A stretch of 64,000 nt of DNA from an uncultured Ruminococcus sp. (GTDB taxonomy: Bacteria > Bacillota > Clostridia > Oscillospirales > CAG-382). Shown one piece after another: positions 1 through 9,177 of the stretch; within the stretch, counting starts at the first letter, position 1, and every line of letters starts with the position of its first letter. The notes beneath the pieces are model-generated. The model was not told the DNA's origin. It worked only from the letters and a program-made list of their open reading frames with translations, and did no database searches. The translations under genes were made by a program, and so were the position numbers. The stretch covers positions 5,597-69,596 of the forward strand of contig CAZHBX010000004.1 in NCBI GenBank assembly GCA_964530795.1, in the 5' to 3' direction.

Positions 1-532
1 GCTTCTCCTGCGCTGGCTGCGCCGGCTTTGCCGCTTTCAGCTGCTCGGCGCGAGTTTCGCCCGCATGCTGATCGTCCCGACGGGAATCGTCGCGCCGTCG
101 GTCATCCCGGCGCTTCTCCGGCTTCCCGCGGCCGTGCGGACGCTTGCCGGTCTGACCGGACCCCTGCTGCGAGGGCTGGGAAGTCTGCGTCAATTCCGAA
201 CGGGGTTCACGCGTCTCATCCATGCGTGAGGGGCGATTCTGTTCACTCTCCCGGCGGACGTCGGTACGGCTCGCATCATTGCGGGACTTGCGGTTGCGGT
301 CAAACCGACGGGCGCCGGTTTGCTCCCTTGCGCCCTCTTCCCCTTGCCGCCTTTCCGATGACTGATTTTCCCCCTGCGCCATGCGGACCGGCGGACGCTT
401 CATCGCTGAACGGGCGGAACCTTCCCGCTCGACCGCTTTTTCGACGTTCTTGGGGGAAATATGCTCCTCCATATTTCCGGTCAAATCCCGAATCTTTTTG
501 ACAGGTTCCTTTTGCGAAGTCTCTTTTTCCAT
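1..532 (-). CDS. hypothetical protein, N-terminal part only (gene runs off the left edge); Arg/Glu/Asp/Lys-rich low-complexity
   Basis: Not in the ORF track because there is no stop inside the window. My translation from ATG 532-530 (MEKETSQKEPVKKIRDLTGNMEEHISPKNVEKAVEREGS...) stays open to nt 1. AAAGGCGG lies about 8 nt upstream. It starts 21 nt after the holB stop on the same strand. Confidence 0.45.
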   Translation of the reverse strand, partial: MEKETSQKEPVKKIRDLTGNMEEHISPKNVEKAVEREGSARSAMKRPPVRMAQGENQSSERRQGEEGAREQTGARRFDRNRKSRNDASRTDVRRESEQNRPSRMDETREPRSELTQTSQPSQQGSGQTGKRPHGRGKPEKRRDDRRRDDSRRDDQHAGETRAEQLKAAKPAQPAQEK

Positions 533-552
533 CTGGCATTCCGCCTTTCTTT

Positions 553-1557
553 TCACAGTACATCCCGCGACACCATCCGCCCGGCGGAGGCACACAGCTC
601 CGACGCGAGGCAGGAAAGCGCGGCCGTCGCGTTCCCATTGGATTCCAACCGTTCCCGGCAAATCAGCACCTGCTCGCACATCCGCACGAGCGCGTTCTTC
701 GTCACCTGACGGGAGAGCTTATACGCTTCCTCCGGGTCAAGCAGCACCGGCATTCCACCGACCCGCACCAGCAGCAGATCGAACAGCAGCCGCAGGAACA
801 CGTCGAACACCGGCAGCAGCCCGTCCCGACGCTCCTTCGCCATCGCGAGCGACCCAATCAGCCGGTAAGCATCCCCGGACAGACTCGCGTCCAGCCAGTC
901 CCGCGCCCGTTCGCGCACCTCCTGCGCATCCTTTTCGAGGAACGCCGTCGCCTCCCCGAGACTCCCCTGCGCCGCGCGTACCGCGGACGCGAGGTCTGCT
1001 TCCGAAACACGCGGACACGCCGCCCGCAGCCGTTCCCTCAGCTGCTCGTCCGTCAACCCGGGCAAGGTGATTGTCAACCCGCGCGAGCGCACCGTCGGGA
1101 GCAGCGCCCGACGGCTCTCGGCCAGCAGGAAGATTGTCACCCCGGGCGGCGGCTCCTCAAACACCTTAAGCAAGGCATTCTGTGCGCCGGGAAGCATCTT
1201 TTCCGCGTGGGACAGCAAATATACGCTCCGTTCCCCCTCGATCGGGACAAGCCCGGTCTGGCGGATCAGCTCCCGCACGTCGGCGACGTTCACCGTCGCT
1301 TCCTCGCCGAAAAAATGCAGGTCCGGATGGTATCCGTCGAGCACCCGCCGGCACCCGGCGCACACCCCGCATGGCTTGTCCCCGCCGGACGTGCAGAGCA
1401 GCGCCTGCGCACACCAAAGCGCGAACGCCCGCTTTCCACAGCCGCGAGGACCTTCGATGATCACCGCATGCGGCGGCGAGCCGCTTTGCAGTTTCTCCAC
1501 AAACATCCGTTGGACGGCGGAAAGAGGTTCTTCCCCCCTGCTTTTGCTCGGCGCCAC
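553..1557 (-). CDS. holB: DNA polymerase III delta-prime subunit
   Basis: 334 aa. Has the clamp-loader P-loop-like GPRGCGKRAFALW followed by the Cys module CGVCAGCRRV typical of HolB. GTG start with AAGGAAGG about 9 nt upstream. Confidence 0.85.
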   Translation of the reverse strand: MAPSKSRGEEPLSAVQRMFVEKLQSGSPPHAVIIEGPRGCGKRAFALWCAQALLCTSGGDKPCGVCAGCRRVLDGYHPDLHFFGEEATVNVADVRELIRQTGLVPIEGERSVYLLSHAEKMLPGAQNALLKVFEEPPPGVTIFLLAESRRALLPTVRSRGLTITLPGLTDEQLRERLRAACPRVSEADLASAVRAAQGSLGEATAFLEKDAQEVRERARDWLDASLSGDAYRLIGSLAMAKERRDGLLPVFDVFLRLLFDLLLVRVGGMPVLLDPEEAYKLSRQVTKNALVRMCEQVLICRERLESNGNATAALSCLASELCASAGRMVSRDVL

Positions 1558-1680
1558 CGTTTCCGCCTTCCTTTCATTTCCCCTTTCCTTATTGTATCAC
1601 ATTTTTTCCGGTTTTGGAAGAGTCTTTGCAAAAAATTTTCCGGAAGTTTCAATTGAAACGTCCATTCGTCAAAAAACGCA

Positions 1681-1708
1681 TTGACTTTTCCGAAAAACGT
1701 GCTACAAT
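1681..1708 (+). promoter_or_regulatory. sigma-A-type promoter upstream of coaW
   Basis: TTGACT (1681-1686), 16-nt spacer, TGC-TACAAT extended -10 (1700-1708). Confidence 0.4.
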
Positions 1709-1862
1709 AATATGTGGTGAACAAATCCGCAGCCTTGTTCAAATGCGGAGCTTTTGCACATTTCGTTGGCAAAGTTTACTTTCCCAACGGAAAAACACAT
1801 TACAATATTAGATAAAGTAAGAATTCCCCGTGCGCAAGCGGGGAATTTGGGAGGTGTTTCCC

Positions 1863-2684
1863 TTGCACATCATCGTCGGCATTGACGTCGGCGGGAGCAC
1901 AACCAAAATCGTTGGTTTCGACGGTGACCGGCTTCTGCCGCCCCTGATGGTTCGCGCCACCGATCCGGTCGCTTCTGTTTACGGTGCTTTCGGCAAGTTC
2001 ACGAGCGTTCACCACATCGCCCTCTCCAAAATTTCCCGGGTGCACGTGACCGGCGTCGGGTCCGCCTTTCTGGAAGACAGTATCTACGGACTGGAAACCA
2101 TCCGAATCCACGAATTTGCGGCAAACGCATGCGGCGGTCTGTACTTGAGCGGACTGCCCCGCGCCATCATCGTCAGCATGGGGACCGGCACGGCTTATGT
2201 CTACGCGGACGGAAAGACCGAGGAGTACCTCGGCGGTACGGGGGTCGGCGGCGGCACACTCATCGGTCTGTCCAAGAAGCTGTTGGGGGTTTCCGAACCG
2301 TCGCAGCTCGCGGAACTGGCGAAGGACGGCGACCTTTCCAAAATCGACCTGCGCATCAACGATATCTCCCGCTCCGCCATTAACTCTATCCTGTCAGACA
2401 ACGCCACCGCCGCCAACTTCGGCAAGGTCAGCGACCTCGCTTCGCGCGAGGACATCGCGCTTGGCATTTTCAACATGGTATACGAAACCATCGGCATGAT
2501 GGCAGTCTTTGCCGCACGGCAGAAGCAGTGTACCGACGTCGTGCTCATCGGCAACCTTGCGGGGCTTCCGCACGCGCATGTCACATTTGCGTCGCTCGAA
2601 AAGATGTTCAACCTCCGCTTCCTGATCCCGGAAAACGCAACTTTCGGCACGGTCATCGGCGCTGCCCTGTCCGAAAAGCAGTAA
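1863..2684 (+). CDS. coaW: type II pantothenate kinase
   Basis: Shares motifs with S. aureus CoaW: IDVGGSTTK, MGTGTA, GGTGVGGGT, TAANFG. The track ORF opens at GTG 1830, but the GGGAGGTG RBS favours TTG 1863, so the start is uncertain by about 33 nt. Confidence 0.8.
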   Translation: MHIIVGIDVGGSTTKIVGFDGDRLLPPLMVRATDPVASVYGAFGKFTSVHHIALSKISRVHVTGVGSAFLEDSIYGLETIRIHEFAANACGGLYLSGLPRAIIVSMGTGTAYVYADGKTEEYLGGTGVGGGTLIGLSKKLLGVSEPSQLAELAKDGDLSKIDLRINDISRSAINSILSDNATAANFGKVSDLASREDIALGIFNMVYETIGMMAVFAARQKQCTDVVLIGNLAGLPHAHVTFASLEKMFNLRFLIPENATFGTVIGAALSEKQ

Positions 2685-2716
2685 TGTGCACCCAACACAG
2701 AAAGGAACATACCATC

Positions 2717-3124
2717 ATGGCAGAAAACAGCAAATGGAATAAAAAAGTCTTCTCGATCCTGCTCGAACGGGCAAAGGGGGTCCGTTCCTGGCGGCAGTTT
2801 GCCTCGGAATGCGACGTGAGCTATGTGCAGATGCGCAAGCTCGCGAGCATGTCGCAGGAGAACCCGCCCCGTCCAAAGCTGATCCGCAAGGTGGCGGACA
2901 AAGCGTTCAACGACGTCGACCTCGAGGACCTGCTGTTCGCGGCGGGAATGAGCAGTTCCGGCCGTCCGCTTCCCCATAAGCAGCAGGAACCCTCGCAGGG
3001 GGACCCGTTTCTGGAGAACCTGCGGGCGCTGCCCGCCCGCGACCGCAGGCTCGTTGAGGAATATGTTTCGTTTCTCGCCCAGCGCCGTCGCACCGAGGCG
3101 GAATCGTCAGAACAGGAGCAGTAA
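2717..3124 (+). CDS. helix-turn-helix (XRE/Cro-like) DNA-binding protein
   Basis: ATG 2717 lies inside the 198-aa track ORF, whose upstream part overlaps coaW. WRQFASECDVSYVQMRKL looks like an HTH. The C-terminal tail is acidic. Confidence 0.65.
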   Translation: MAENSKWNKKVFSILLERAKGVRSWRQFASECDVSYVQMRKLASMSQENPPRPKLIRKVADKAFNDVDLEDLLFAAGMSSSGRPLPHKQQEPSQGDPFLENLRALPARDRRLVEEYVSFLAQRRRTEAESSEQEQ

Positions 3125-3424
3125 CCCGATCAGCAGGAACAGCAGGTCGTTCCGTTCCTGTCCGCTGTCCGTCAGCAGCAGAAAGCCGATCGCCAACAGC
3201 AGTAAGTCGTCCATCTTCAGGTCCCGCAGGAAGGAAAGCGGGGAAGACTGCGTCCGATGCGTTTCCGGCGCGCCAGCGGGCGGTTCCGGCGGTGGCGGCG
3301 GAGGCGGGGCTTCCGGTTCCGGGCGAGCTTCCTCCTGTAGCCTGCGCTGCATCTCATAAAGCTGGCCATCGCTGCGGATCCCGCCGATGTCGCGGCTGTA
3401 AGTCGGCACACCCATTGTATCCAT
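3107..3424 (-). CDS. hypothetical small protein, Pro-rich linker plus hydrophobic C-terminus
   Basis: 105 aa. AAAGGAG lies 8 nt before the ATG. Contains a PPPPPPPEPP tract and the hydrophobic stretches LLLLAIGFLLL..LLFLLIGLLLLF. No family recognised. Confidence 0.55.
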   Translation of the reverse strand: MDTMGVPTYSRDIGGIRSDGQLYEMQRRLQEEARPEPEAPPPPPPPEPPAGAPETHRTQSSPLSFLRDLKMDDLLLLAIGFLLLTDSGQERNDLLFLLIGLLLLF

Positions 3425-3451
3425 CCGAAGTTCTCCTTTCTCGTTTGGTGT

Positions 3452-3784
3452 TCAGTTTTTCAGCCCGCCGAGCAGAGACGCGACGGTTGCGATGCGAATG
3501 AGGTCATCGATGCGCGTCCGCTTCTCCTCTGAAGCGAATGGGCGTAGGGCGCGAAGCAGGTCGAGTCGCGGGTCGGGCCGGTACGGTGGTGATTGGGACG
3601 GCGAGGACAGAGGCGGAGGCGAAGACGGCTGATTCGGTCCCTGTTGGGCCGATGCCGGTTGGGCATCCTGCGGGCCGGACGGGCTGCTTCCCGCACCAAG
3701 CATCTCCGCGATGGACGCGATGCGTTCCGCCGCCTGTGGGTCGGAAAGCAGGGAGCGGATTTTTTCGGTCAGGTTCTCATCCAT
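3452..3784 (-). CDS. hypothetical small protein with P/S/Q-rich linker
   Basis: 110 aa. Helical ends flank a low-complexity linker. Starts 11 nt after the upstream gene. No family recognised. Confidence 0.55.
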   Translation of the reverse strand: MDENLTEKIRSLLSDPQAAERIASIAEMLGAGSSPSGPQDAQPASAQQGPNQPSSPPPLSSPSQSPPYRPDPRLDLLRALRPFASEEKRTRIDDLIRIATVASLLGGLKN

Positions 3785-3795
3785 GGGTTGCCGCT

Positions 3796-4065
3796 TTACC
3801 CCTTTCCGTTCTGCTGTCTGCGCAAGATTTCATAGATTTCCTGACTTTTCTCCTCGCCCGCCCGATCGAGCAACTGCTTTGCCTGTTCCGGCGTGAGCTC
3901 CTGCATCCCGCTTCGCAGGGCGTCTAAATTGCTGAGCAGTTCTTGGGTTTTGCTGCGGTCGGCGCCCGCCACGGATGCGATCTGGGAAACCAGATCGGCG
4001 AGCTGGCGGTCATTCAGCCGTTGCAGCAGGGCAGGATCAAAGTACATCTGGTCACGATTCTCCAT
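3796..4065 (-). CDS. hypothetical small acidic helical protein
   Basis: 89 aa with a GAGAGGAAG RBS. It is the first gene of a tight 3-gene minus-strand unit. No family recognised. Confidence 0.55.
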   Translation of the reverse strand: MENRDQMYFDPALLQRLNDRQLADLVSQIASVAGADRSKTQELLSNLDALRSGMQELTPEQAKQLLDRAGEEKSQEIYEILRRQQNGKG

Positions 4066-4110
4066 CGATCATCTTCCTCTCAAAATTATTGCGTAAAGGA
4101 GCGGTTTTCC

Positions 4111-4644
4111 ATGTATAAGTGCAAGCCGGAACGGAATGTCCGGCAGGTCGTCCTGCTGCTTTCTGTCAGTTTCCTTGCGACGGGCGGCGCGTTTGCGCTC
4201 GCAGTGGTGTTCCCGCTTCACGCGGGGATTATCCGGTTCATCGCGTTCCTGCTTTTGGTCCTTGCGCTTTACATCATCCTGCGCTTCACCATGACGGAAA
4301 TGGAATACACGCTGGACAACGGCACATTCATCATTACGAAAATCGTCGGTAACAAGCGTATGGTGCAGGGCGCACTGGACCTCGCCGACAGCATTGCGCT
4401 GGTTACCCGTGAGGAATACCGCGCACAGGGGCTCAATAAGAATCTCTCCACCGTCTGCAACTACGCCCAGAACCTCGGCGGAAAGCACTGGTTTTACGTC
4501 TTCGAGTTCTCCGGCAAGCGGGCGGTCGTGGAATTTGAGCCGAACGAAGCGTTCGCCGCCATCTTCCGCGAGGAGATCGAGCGCGCAAAGTCCGGGGGAA
4601 ACGGTTCCGCCGGCGCGCCGCCCGAAGGGGGTATCCTAATCTGA
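4111..4644 (+). CDS. hypothetical membrane protein (two N-terminal TM helices)
   Basis: ATG 4111 has an AAAGGAG RBS. The track ORF start at 3943 lies inside the divergent gene. TM segments are VVLLLSVSFLATGGAFALAVVF and IIRFIAFLLLVLALYIIL. Confidence 0.7.
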   Translation: MYKCKPERNVRQVVLLLSVSFLATGGAFALAVVFPLHAGIIRFIAFLLLVLALYIILRFTMTEMEYTLDNGTFIITKIVGNKRMVQGALDLADSIALVTREEYRAQGLNKNLSTVCNYAQNLGGKHWFYVFEFSGKRAVVEFEPNEAFAAIFREEIERAKSGGNGSAGAPPEGGILI

Positions 4645-4668
4645 CGTTGGGTTTCCAACGTCAGATTC

Positions 4669-6702
4669 TTAGTTTCCGGACGAAGCGGTAACCCGTTCGT
4701 ACTCCCGCGTCAGCGCGTCCCATGTGAGCGGACCGACAATGCCGTCGGCGGAAAGCCCGTAGTTCTGCTGAAACTGCCGGACGACCCGTTCTGTCTCCGC
4801 GCCGAAGATTCCGTCGACCGTCAGTGTCGGCAGTGAGAGATCCACCCCAGCGATGGTATTGAGCATGGTTTGCACCCACGAAACATCGTCGCCGGTCGAC
4901 CCCCGCCGCAGCGGGGTGCCGGGATACGGGCGGGTCGGGGCGACTTCTCCACCGCCGAGCGCAAAGTAGGTGGTGACGATGCCGTTCCACGTCGCTTCGT
5001 TGACCGTGCCGGTCTGCACCAATCCATAGTAATTCTGGAACGCCAGAACCGCGTCCCGCGTCACATTGCCGTATATGCCGTCCGGCGTCGGCGCGGTAAA
5101 CAGATCCGGCATGGCGTTCGCGATGAACGCAAGGTAGTTCTGGATCCGCAGAACCTCGTTGCCCCGGCTTCCCTCCTGTAGGACGCGTCCGTTAAAGGCG
5201 TCCGACTGCGGGAACTCCCCTTCGCTTTCGAGTTCCGCGAGCTTCTTGACCGCCGTATAGATGTACTGGATGCGATACCACGTCTCCCGATCGACCACCC
5301 CTGTTTCCTCGAGCCGGAACAACCGTTGGAACGCCCGGACCGCAGTGGCGGTGGATGTATCGAACCGTCCGGTCGGAGGCAGGACGAACGGAATGGCCGG
5401 GAATGAGATGGCGATGCGATTGAGCCGATTCTGCAGCGTCGCCACCTCCGGAGAGGCGTCACCCGGCTGCAAGGCCCCGGGAAAGGAATCCGGCACGACA
5501 TCCGCCGTCTCCGCCTCGCGAATCTCGATGTCTTCCCCGAAGTAGTAGCGCAGGATCTGCAGCGGGATATACCCCCGTCGGGCGAGGGAAACCGTTCCCC
5601 ACTGGCTTAACCCATCACAGGTAGTCGTCGCCCCGTCGCAGTATTCCGCGAACAGCGGCTCAAGCCGATTCTCCCGCGAAATGTAATTTGTGAAGTACCC
5701 GTCAACGATGGTATCGATTTTATCGAAAATTCCCCGTTCGTGGACGTAATACTGATCGTACGCGGTGGAATTCGTGATATCGAAGTCATAGCCCTGCGAA
5801 GGGTACCATTCGGTGTAGAGCCGGTTGAGCGCGAGCGACACCTGCGAAATGACATTGGCGATGATGGAGTTTTCCGGCCACGTCGGATAGATCTCACTGC
5901 AGGCGACGTTTTTGATGTAATCGATAAACGGGACCGTGACGACCTCCGCATTCGCACCGGGCGGCCCAAGGTGAACGCGAATGGTTTCCGGGATGACGAC
6001 CTCCCGCCGCGCTTCCTCAATGTTTGCCGTGGAAACCGAACGGCGGGACTGTCCGCTCTCCGTTTCCGGAATTAGCTCGACGCGCGGGGTATTTTCCGGG
6101 GTGCTGAGATGGTGGGTCGGAATGATGATGACCCGCTCCAGCTGCGGCGGAACGCCGTTGCTCGGCGAGGTTTCGAGCACCCCCATCGTGATGTTCTGCC
6201 GGGTGGTTTCGTCGGTGAAGATCTGCTCCCCGACCACATTGACCGTCACGTACCCCGCCACGAGGATGCGCAGATCCACGGATGCGTACGGGCGTTCCCG
6301 CGGGTTGGGCGTAAGACTGTTGACCAGCGACGGCGTCAGCACGGAAAAAGTCACGTCCCCTTCGGCGTTGCTGATGCCGGTGCTGCCGCCCCGTCCGCCG
6401 CCGGTCAGGATGACCGTCGCGCCCTGTAGGACGGTTCCGTCCGCCTTCCGGATGTTGACAACGAGGGTTCCTCTGTTTTCTGCCAAAATCGCGTCTCTCC
6501 TTTGCGGTTTGGTGCTTTGTTCCCCCTTCGCGGAGGGCTCTGCTTCTACTATATGCGGTGAAAGTGCGCTTTGTGCAGGCGTGCGGGCGAAAAAGCGAAA
6601 CGGTATCCGTTTGGGCGGAAAGTTTTCCGAATGCTGTATGAATTTTTCCTCCCAGACAGTCTCGAAATGGGAACCGGCGGGCGAATTGACCTCTATAGCC
6701 AT
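4669..6702 (-). CDS. peptidoglycan-binding protein with SpoIID/LytB-like domain (SleC-like spore cortex hydrolase candidate)
   Basis: 677 aa. Three C-terminal PG_binding_1-type repeats (for example GDDVSWVQTMLN...DGIFGAETERVVRQFQQNYGLSADGIVGPLTWDAL). The central CDG..GLSQWG..LARRGY..ILRYYFG segment resembles SpoIID. The N-terminal segment looks like a carboxypeptidase-regulatory fold. No signal peptide. Confidence 0.75.
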   Translation of the reverse strand: MAIEVNSPAGSHFETVWEEKFIQHSENFPPKRIPFRFFARTPAQSALSPHIVEAEPSAKGEQSTKPQRRDAILAENRGTLVVNIRKADGTVLQGATVILTGGGRGGSTGISNAEGDVTFSVLTPSLVNSLTPNPRERPYASVDLRILVAGYVTVNVVGEQIFTDETTRQNITMGVLETSPSNGVPPQLERVIIIPTHHLSTPENTPRVELIPETESGQSRRSVSTANIEEARREVVIPETIRVHLGPPGANAEVVTVPFIDYIKNVACSEIYPTWPENSIIANVISQVSLALNRLYTEWYPSQGYDFDITNSTAYDQYYVHERGIFDKIDTIVDGYFTNYISRENRLEPLFAEYCDGATTTCDGLSQWGTVSLARRGYIPLQILRYYFGEDIEIREAETADVVPDSFPGALQPGDASPEVATLQNRLNRIAISFPAIPFVLPPTGRFDTSTATAVRAFQRLFRLEETGVVDRETWYRIQYIYTAVKKLAELESEGEFPQSDAFNGRVLQEGSRGNEVLRIQNYLAFIANAMPDLFTAPTPDGIYGNVTRDAVLAFQNYYGLVQTGTVNEATWNGIVTTYFALGGGEVAPTRPYPGTPLRRGSTGDDVSWVQTMLNTIAGVDLSLPTLTVDGIFGAETERVVRQFQQNYGLSADGIVGPLTWDALTREYERVTASSGN

Positions 6703-6814
6703 TGGGGGAGGCCTTCAAGCTCCCATTTCCGGCCTATTCGCCGCTGACGCTCGCTGAACAGCTTTCGGACTTCAAGGAAAACCGGTGCGGCTTTCCGCTT
6801 GTAAAGAAGAAAAC

Positions 6815-6853
6815 AAAAAGGAGGCGGTTTCTTCGCGGAAACCGTCTCCTTTT
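6815..6853 (-). terminator. intrinsic terminator after the dehydrogenase gene
   Basis: On the minus strand: AAGGAGACGGTTTC-cgcgaa-GAAACCGCCTCCTT followed by a T-run. Confidence 0.6.
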
Positions 6854-6873
6854 CCATGTGTTTTCGATTCTGT

Positions 6874-7863
6874 TTACGCCATCCTGGCAAGCATGTCTTT
6901 CGTGACCTCGGCGAACAGCGGCTGACCGGCAAGGAACCGTTCGAGCTCCTCGCAGACGTGCTGACCGATCTTTTTCAACCCATTGTTCGCGAGCCCGGCA
7001 AGGTGCGGGGTCATGATGACGTTCGGCAGGCTGCGCAGCGGATTATCCGCAGCCGGCGGCTCCGGGTCGTACACGTCGAGGCAGGCATACTTCAGGTTTC
7101 CCGCTTTCATGTGCGCATACAGCGCCGCCTCGTCGATCACAGAGCCGCGAGCGGTGTTGATCAGCACCGCGTCCTTCTTCATCAGCGAAAGCGTCTCCGC
7201 GTTGAACATATGGAACGTCTCCGGGATAGACGGAGCGTGGATGGAAAGAATGTCCGACTGCCGCAGAACCTGCTCAAAGCTCGCCTTTTGGGCACCCATC
7301 TCCCGCGCGCTCTCCTCCGAGACGAGCGGGTCGTACAGCAGCACGTCCACGTCAAACGGGCGCAGCAGTTCGATGTAGTGCCGTCCCGCCCAGCCGCCGC
7401 TGATGACGCCGACGGTCAGGTCGTACAGCTCACGGATATCCTCCTTGCCTTCCGCCCAGCCGCCCGCGTGCAGGTTGGCATTGAGGTTGAAGAAATTCTT
7501 GGAAGCGGCGATGGTGAACCCAAGCGCCGTCTCCGAAACCCCCATCGAGAGCATCGGCGCGCTCGACGACACGCGGATCCCCTTCTCCCAGAGCGCGTCG
7601 GACACGACCGGCTTGACGCTCCCGGCAGCGTGGACGAGCAGCTTCAGATTCGGGCAGACCGAAAGCAGGTCCGCATCGAGCGGCTTGTTGCCCCACGATG
7701 TAACGCACACGGTCGCGCCCATAAGCAGCGGCTTGACCTCCTTGGCGGACGTCCCGCCCTCGTTCATCACGACCTCGCCGATCCGGCGCAGACGGTCGAT
7801 CGCCTTCCGGTCGATGACCATGTTTCGCGTCCCGGGGTCCATCAGCAATACGATTTTTTCCAT
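6874..7863 (-). CDS. D-isomer-specific 2-hydroxyacid dehydrogenase family protein
   Basis: 329 aa. Has the NAD-binding fold region VGVISGGWAGRH, and ARG...D and TPH motifs typical of the family. Confidence 0.8.
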   Translation of the reverse strand: MEKIVLLMDPGTRNMVIDRKAIDRLRRIGEVVMNEGGTSAKEVKPLLMGATVCVTSWGNKPLDADLLSVCPNLKLLVHAAGSVKPVVSDALWEKGIRVSSSAPMLSMGVSETALGFTIAASKNFFNLNANLHAGGWAEGKEDIRELYDLTVGVISGGWAGRHYIELLRPFDVDVLLYDPLVSEESAREMGAQKASFEQVLRQSDILSIHAPSIPETFHMFNAETLSLMKKDAVLINTARGSVIDEAALYAHMKAGNLKYACLDVYDPEPPAADNPLRSLPNVIMTPHLAGLANNGLKKIGQHVCEELERFLAGQPLFAEVTKDMLARMA

Positions 7864-7881
7864 TTTGAACAGTCCTTTCTT

Positions 7882-9177
7882 TTATTTGGCAAAATACCTT
7901 GCATATCCGTTCGGCGCGAACAGCTTTTCCCCCTGCCGATAGAACGCTTCATCCAGCGGGAACACCCCGTTTTGCAGCGGGACCGGTTCCAATCCGTCCG
8001 GCAGGAGTTTTTGCAGGTCTGCCCAATGGGTGTAGTTCTGGTCGCCGTTAATCTCGACGCATCCGACCTTCATGCCCGCGAGCGCCGGAACCCGCGCCGC
8101 GAACTGCTTGTTCCATTCCGCGAGCAGCGGGTTGACCGTCAAATCGGCGCACAGGCATTGACCGCCGGCTTCGCAGATCGCCTCCGCCATGCGGAAAGAA
8201 ACGGAGACCGTCTTGGCGATCGGCTTGAGCGCCACCGCGCGATACCCGAGCTCCAGCCGTTCCCGCACATCCTCGAGCGAGTGTGCCGACTCGTCCGCGT
8301 TGACGCAGACCGGCAGATTCCCGACGCAGACCTTGTTTTCCGGGTCGAACGGCTCCTCGAGCAGGGCGATGCGGTCCAGCGCCCCCATGCGGTCGGCGGC
8401 TTCGAGCAGCGCTTCCACCCGCGAAAGGCTGTCGTACCGCCCGTTCGCGTCGAGGTAGTAGAGTACCTTGCCGGAGCGGGTATGGGGCGTTTCGTAGCGC
8501 GAGGCAATCTCGTGAATTTGCTTCAGGCGCGCAATATCCCACGCGAGCATCTCCCGCATATCCTCCTCCCGCGTCGATACCCCGGGGACCGCCTTTCCAA
8601 TCTTGATTTTTAGCAGGGAAACTCCGCTTTCGAGCACCGCGCGGATCTCCGCCTCTGGCACCGCGTAGGACAGCAGCGGGATCTGCGCGAGCGCCTCGTG
8701 GCGGCAGGACAGCGCCCGCTTTGCGGACGCGGGGATCAGCCCGTCGAAGGACGTGATTCCGTGTTCGAGCCCATACAGCATCCAGAGCGCGCAATCCACG
8801 CCGACCAGTGCGTTAAGCAGGAACGTCATCGCCACCGGACGGCCGCAGACCAGATCCGCGTAGCGCTTCAGCTCCGGCAGCAACCCGTCGATGACCTCCA
8901 GCGGGGTGTCAAAAGACGTGCCCTCCAGCATCCGCAGAGCCCGGTTGGTTACCAGCAGCATCATTGCTGAGGAGACGGCGGGCGGATTCTCGCCGAACAC
9001 CCGCGCATCCGACCAGAGCACGCTCTCCACGCAAGGGGCGACGGCAATGTGCGTCTCGCCCTCCAGCTTCGCGACCGTCTGCCAAAGCTCGGTCAGGCTC
9101 CTTCCCTTGAAGCCGAACGGCGCCCGCAGCGGTTCGCGGACGAATTCCAGATCACAGCGACGAATCCGAATGCTCAT
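7882..9177 (-). CDS. enolase-superfamily (mandelate racemase/muconate lactonizing enzyme-like) protein
   Basis: Candidate metal-ligand pattern YLDANG / LLEEPF / NADES. ATG 9177 (MSIRIRRCDLEFVREPL...) is preferred over the track start 9240. This gives a 26-nt overlap with the coaD 3' end. Confidence 0.7.
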   Translation of the reverse strand: MSIRIRRCDLEFVREPLRAPFGFKGRSLTELWQTVAKLEGETHIAVAPCVESVLWSDARVFGENPPAVSSAMMLLVTNRALRMLEGTSFDTPLEVIDGLLPELKRYADLVCGRPVAMTFLLNALVGVDCALWMLYGLEHGITSFDGLIPASAKRALSCRHEALAQIPLLSYAVPEAEIRAVLESGVSLLKIKIGKAVPGVSTREEDMREMLAWDIARLKQIHEIASRYETPHTRSGKVLYYLDANGRYDSLSRVEALLEAADRMGALDRIALLEEPFDPENKVCVGNLPVCVNADESAHSLEDVRERLELGYRAVALKPIAKTVSVSFRMAEAICEAGGQCLCADLTVNPLLAEWNKQFAARVPALAGMKVGCVEINGDQNYTHWADLQKLLPDGLEPVPLQNGVFPLDEAFYRQGEKLFAPNGYARYFAK

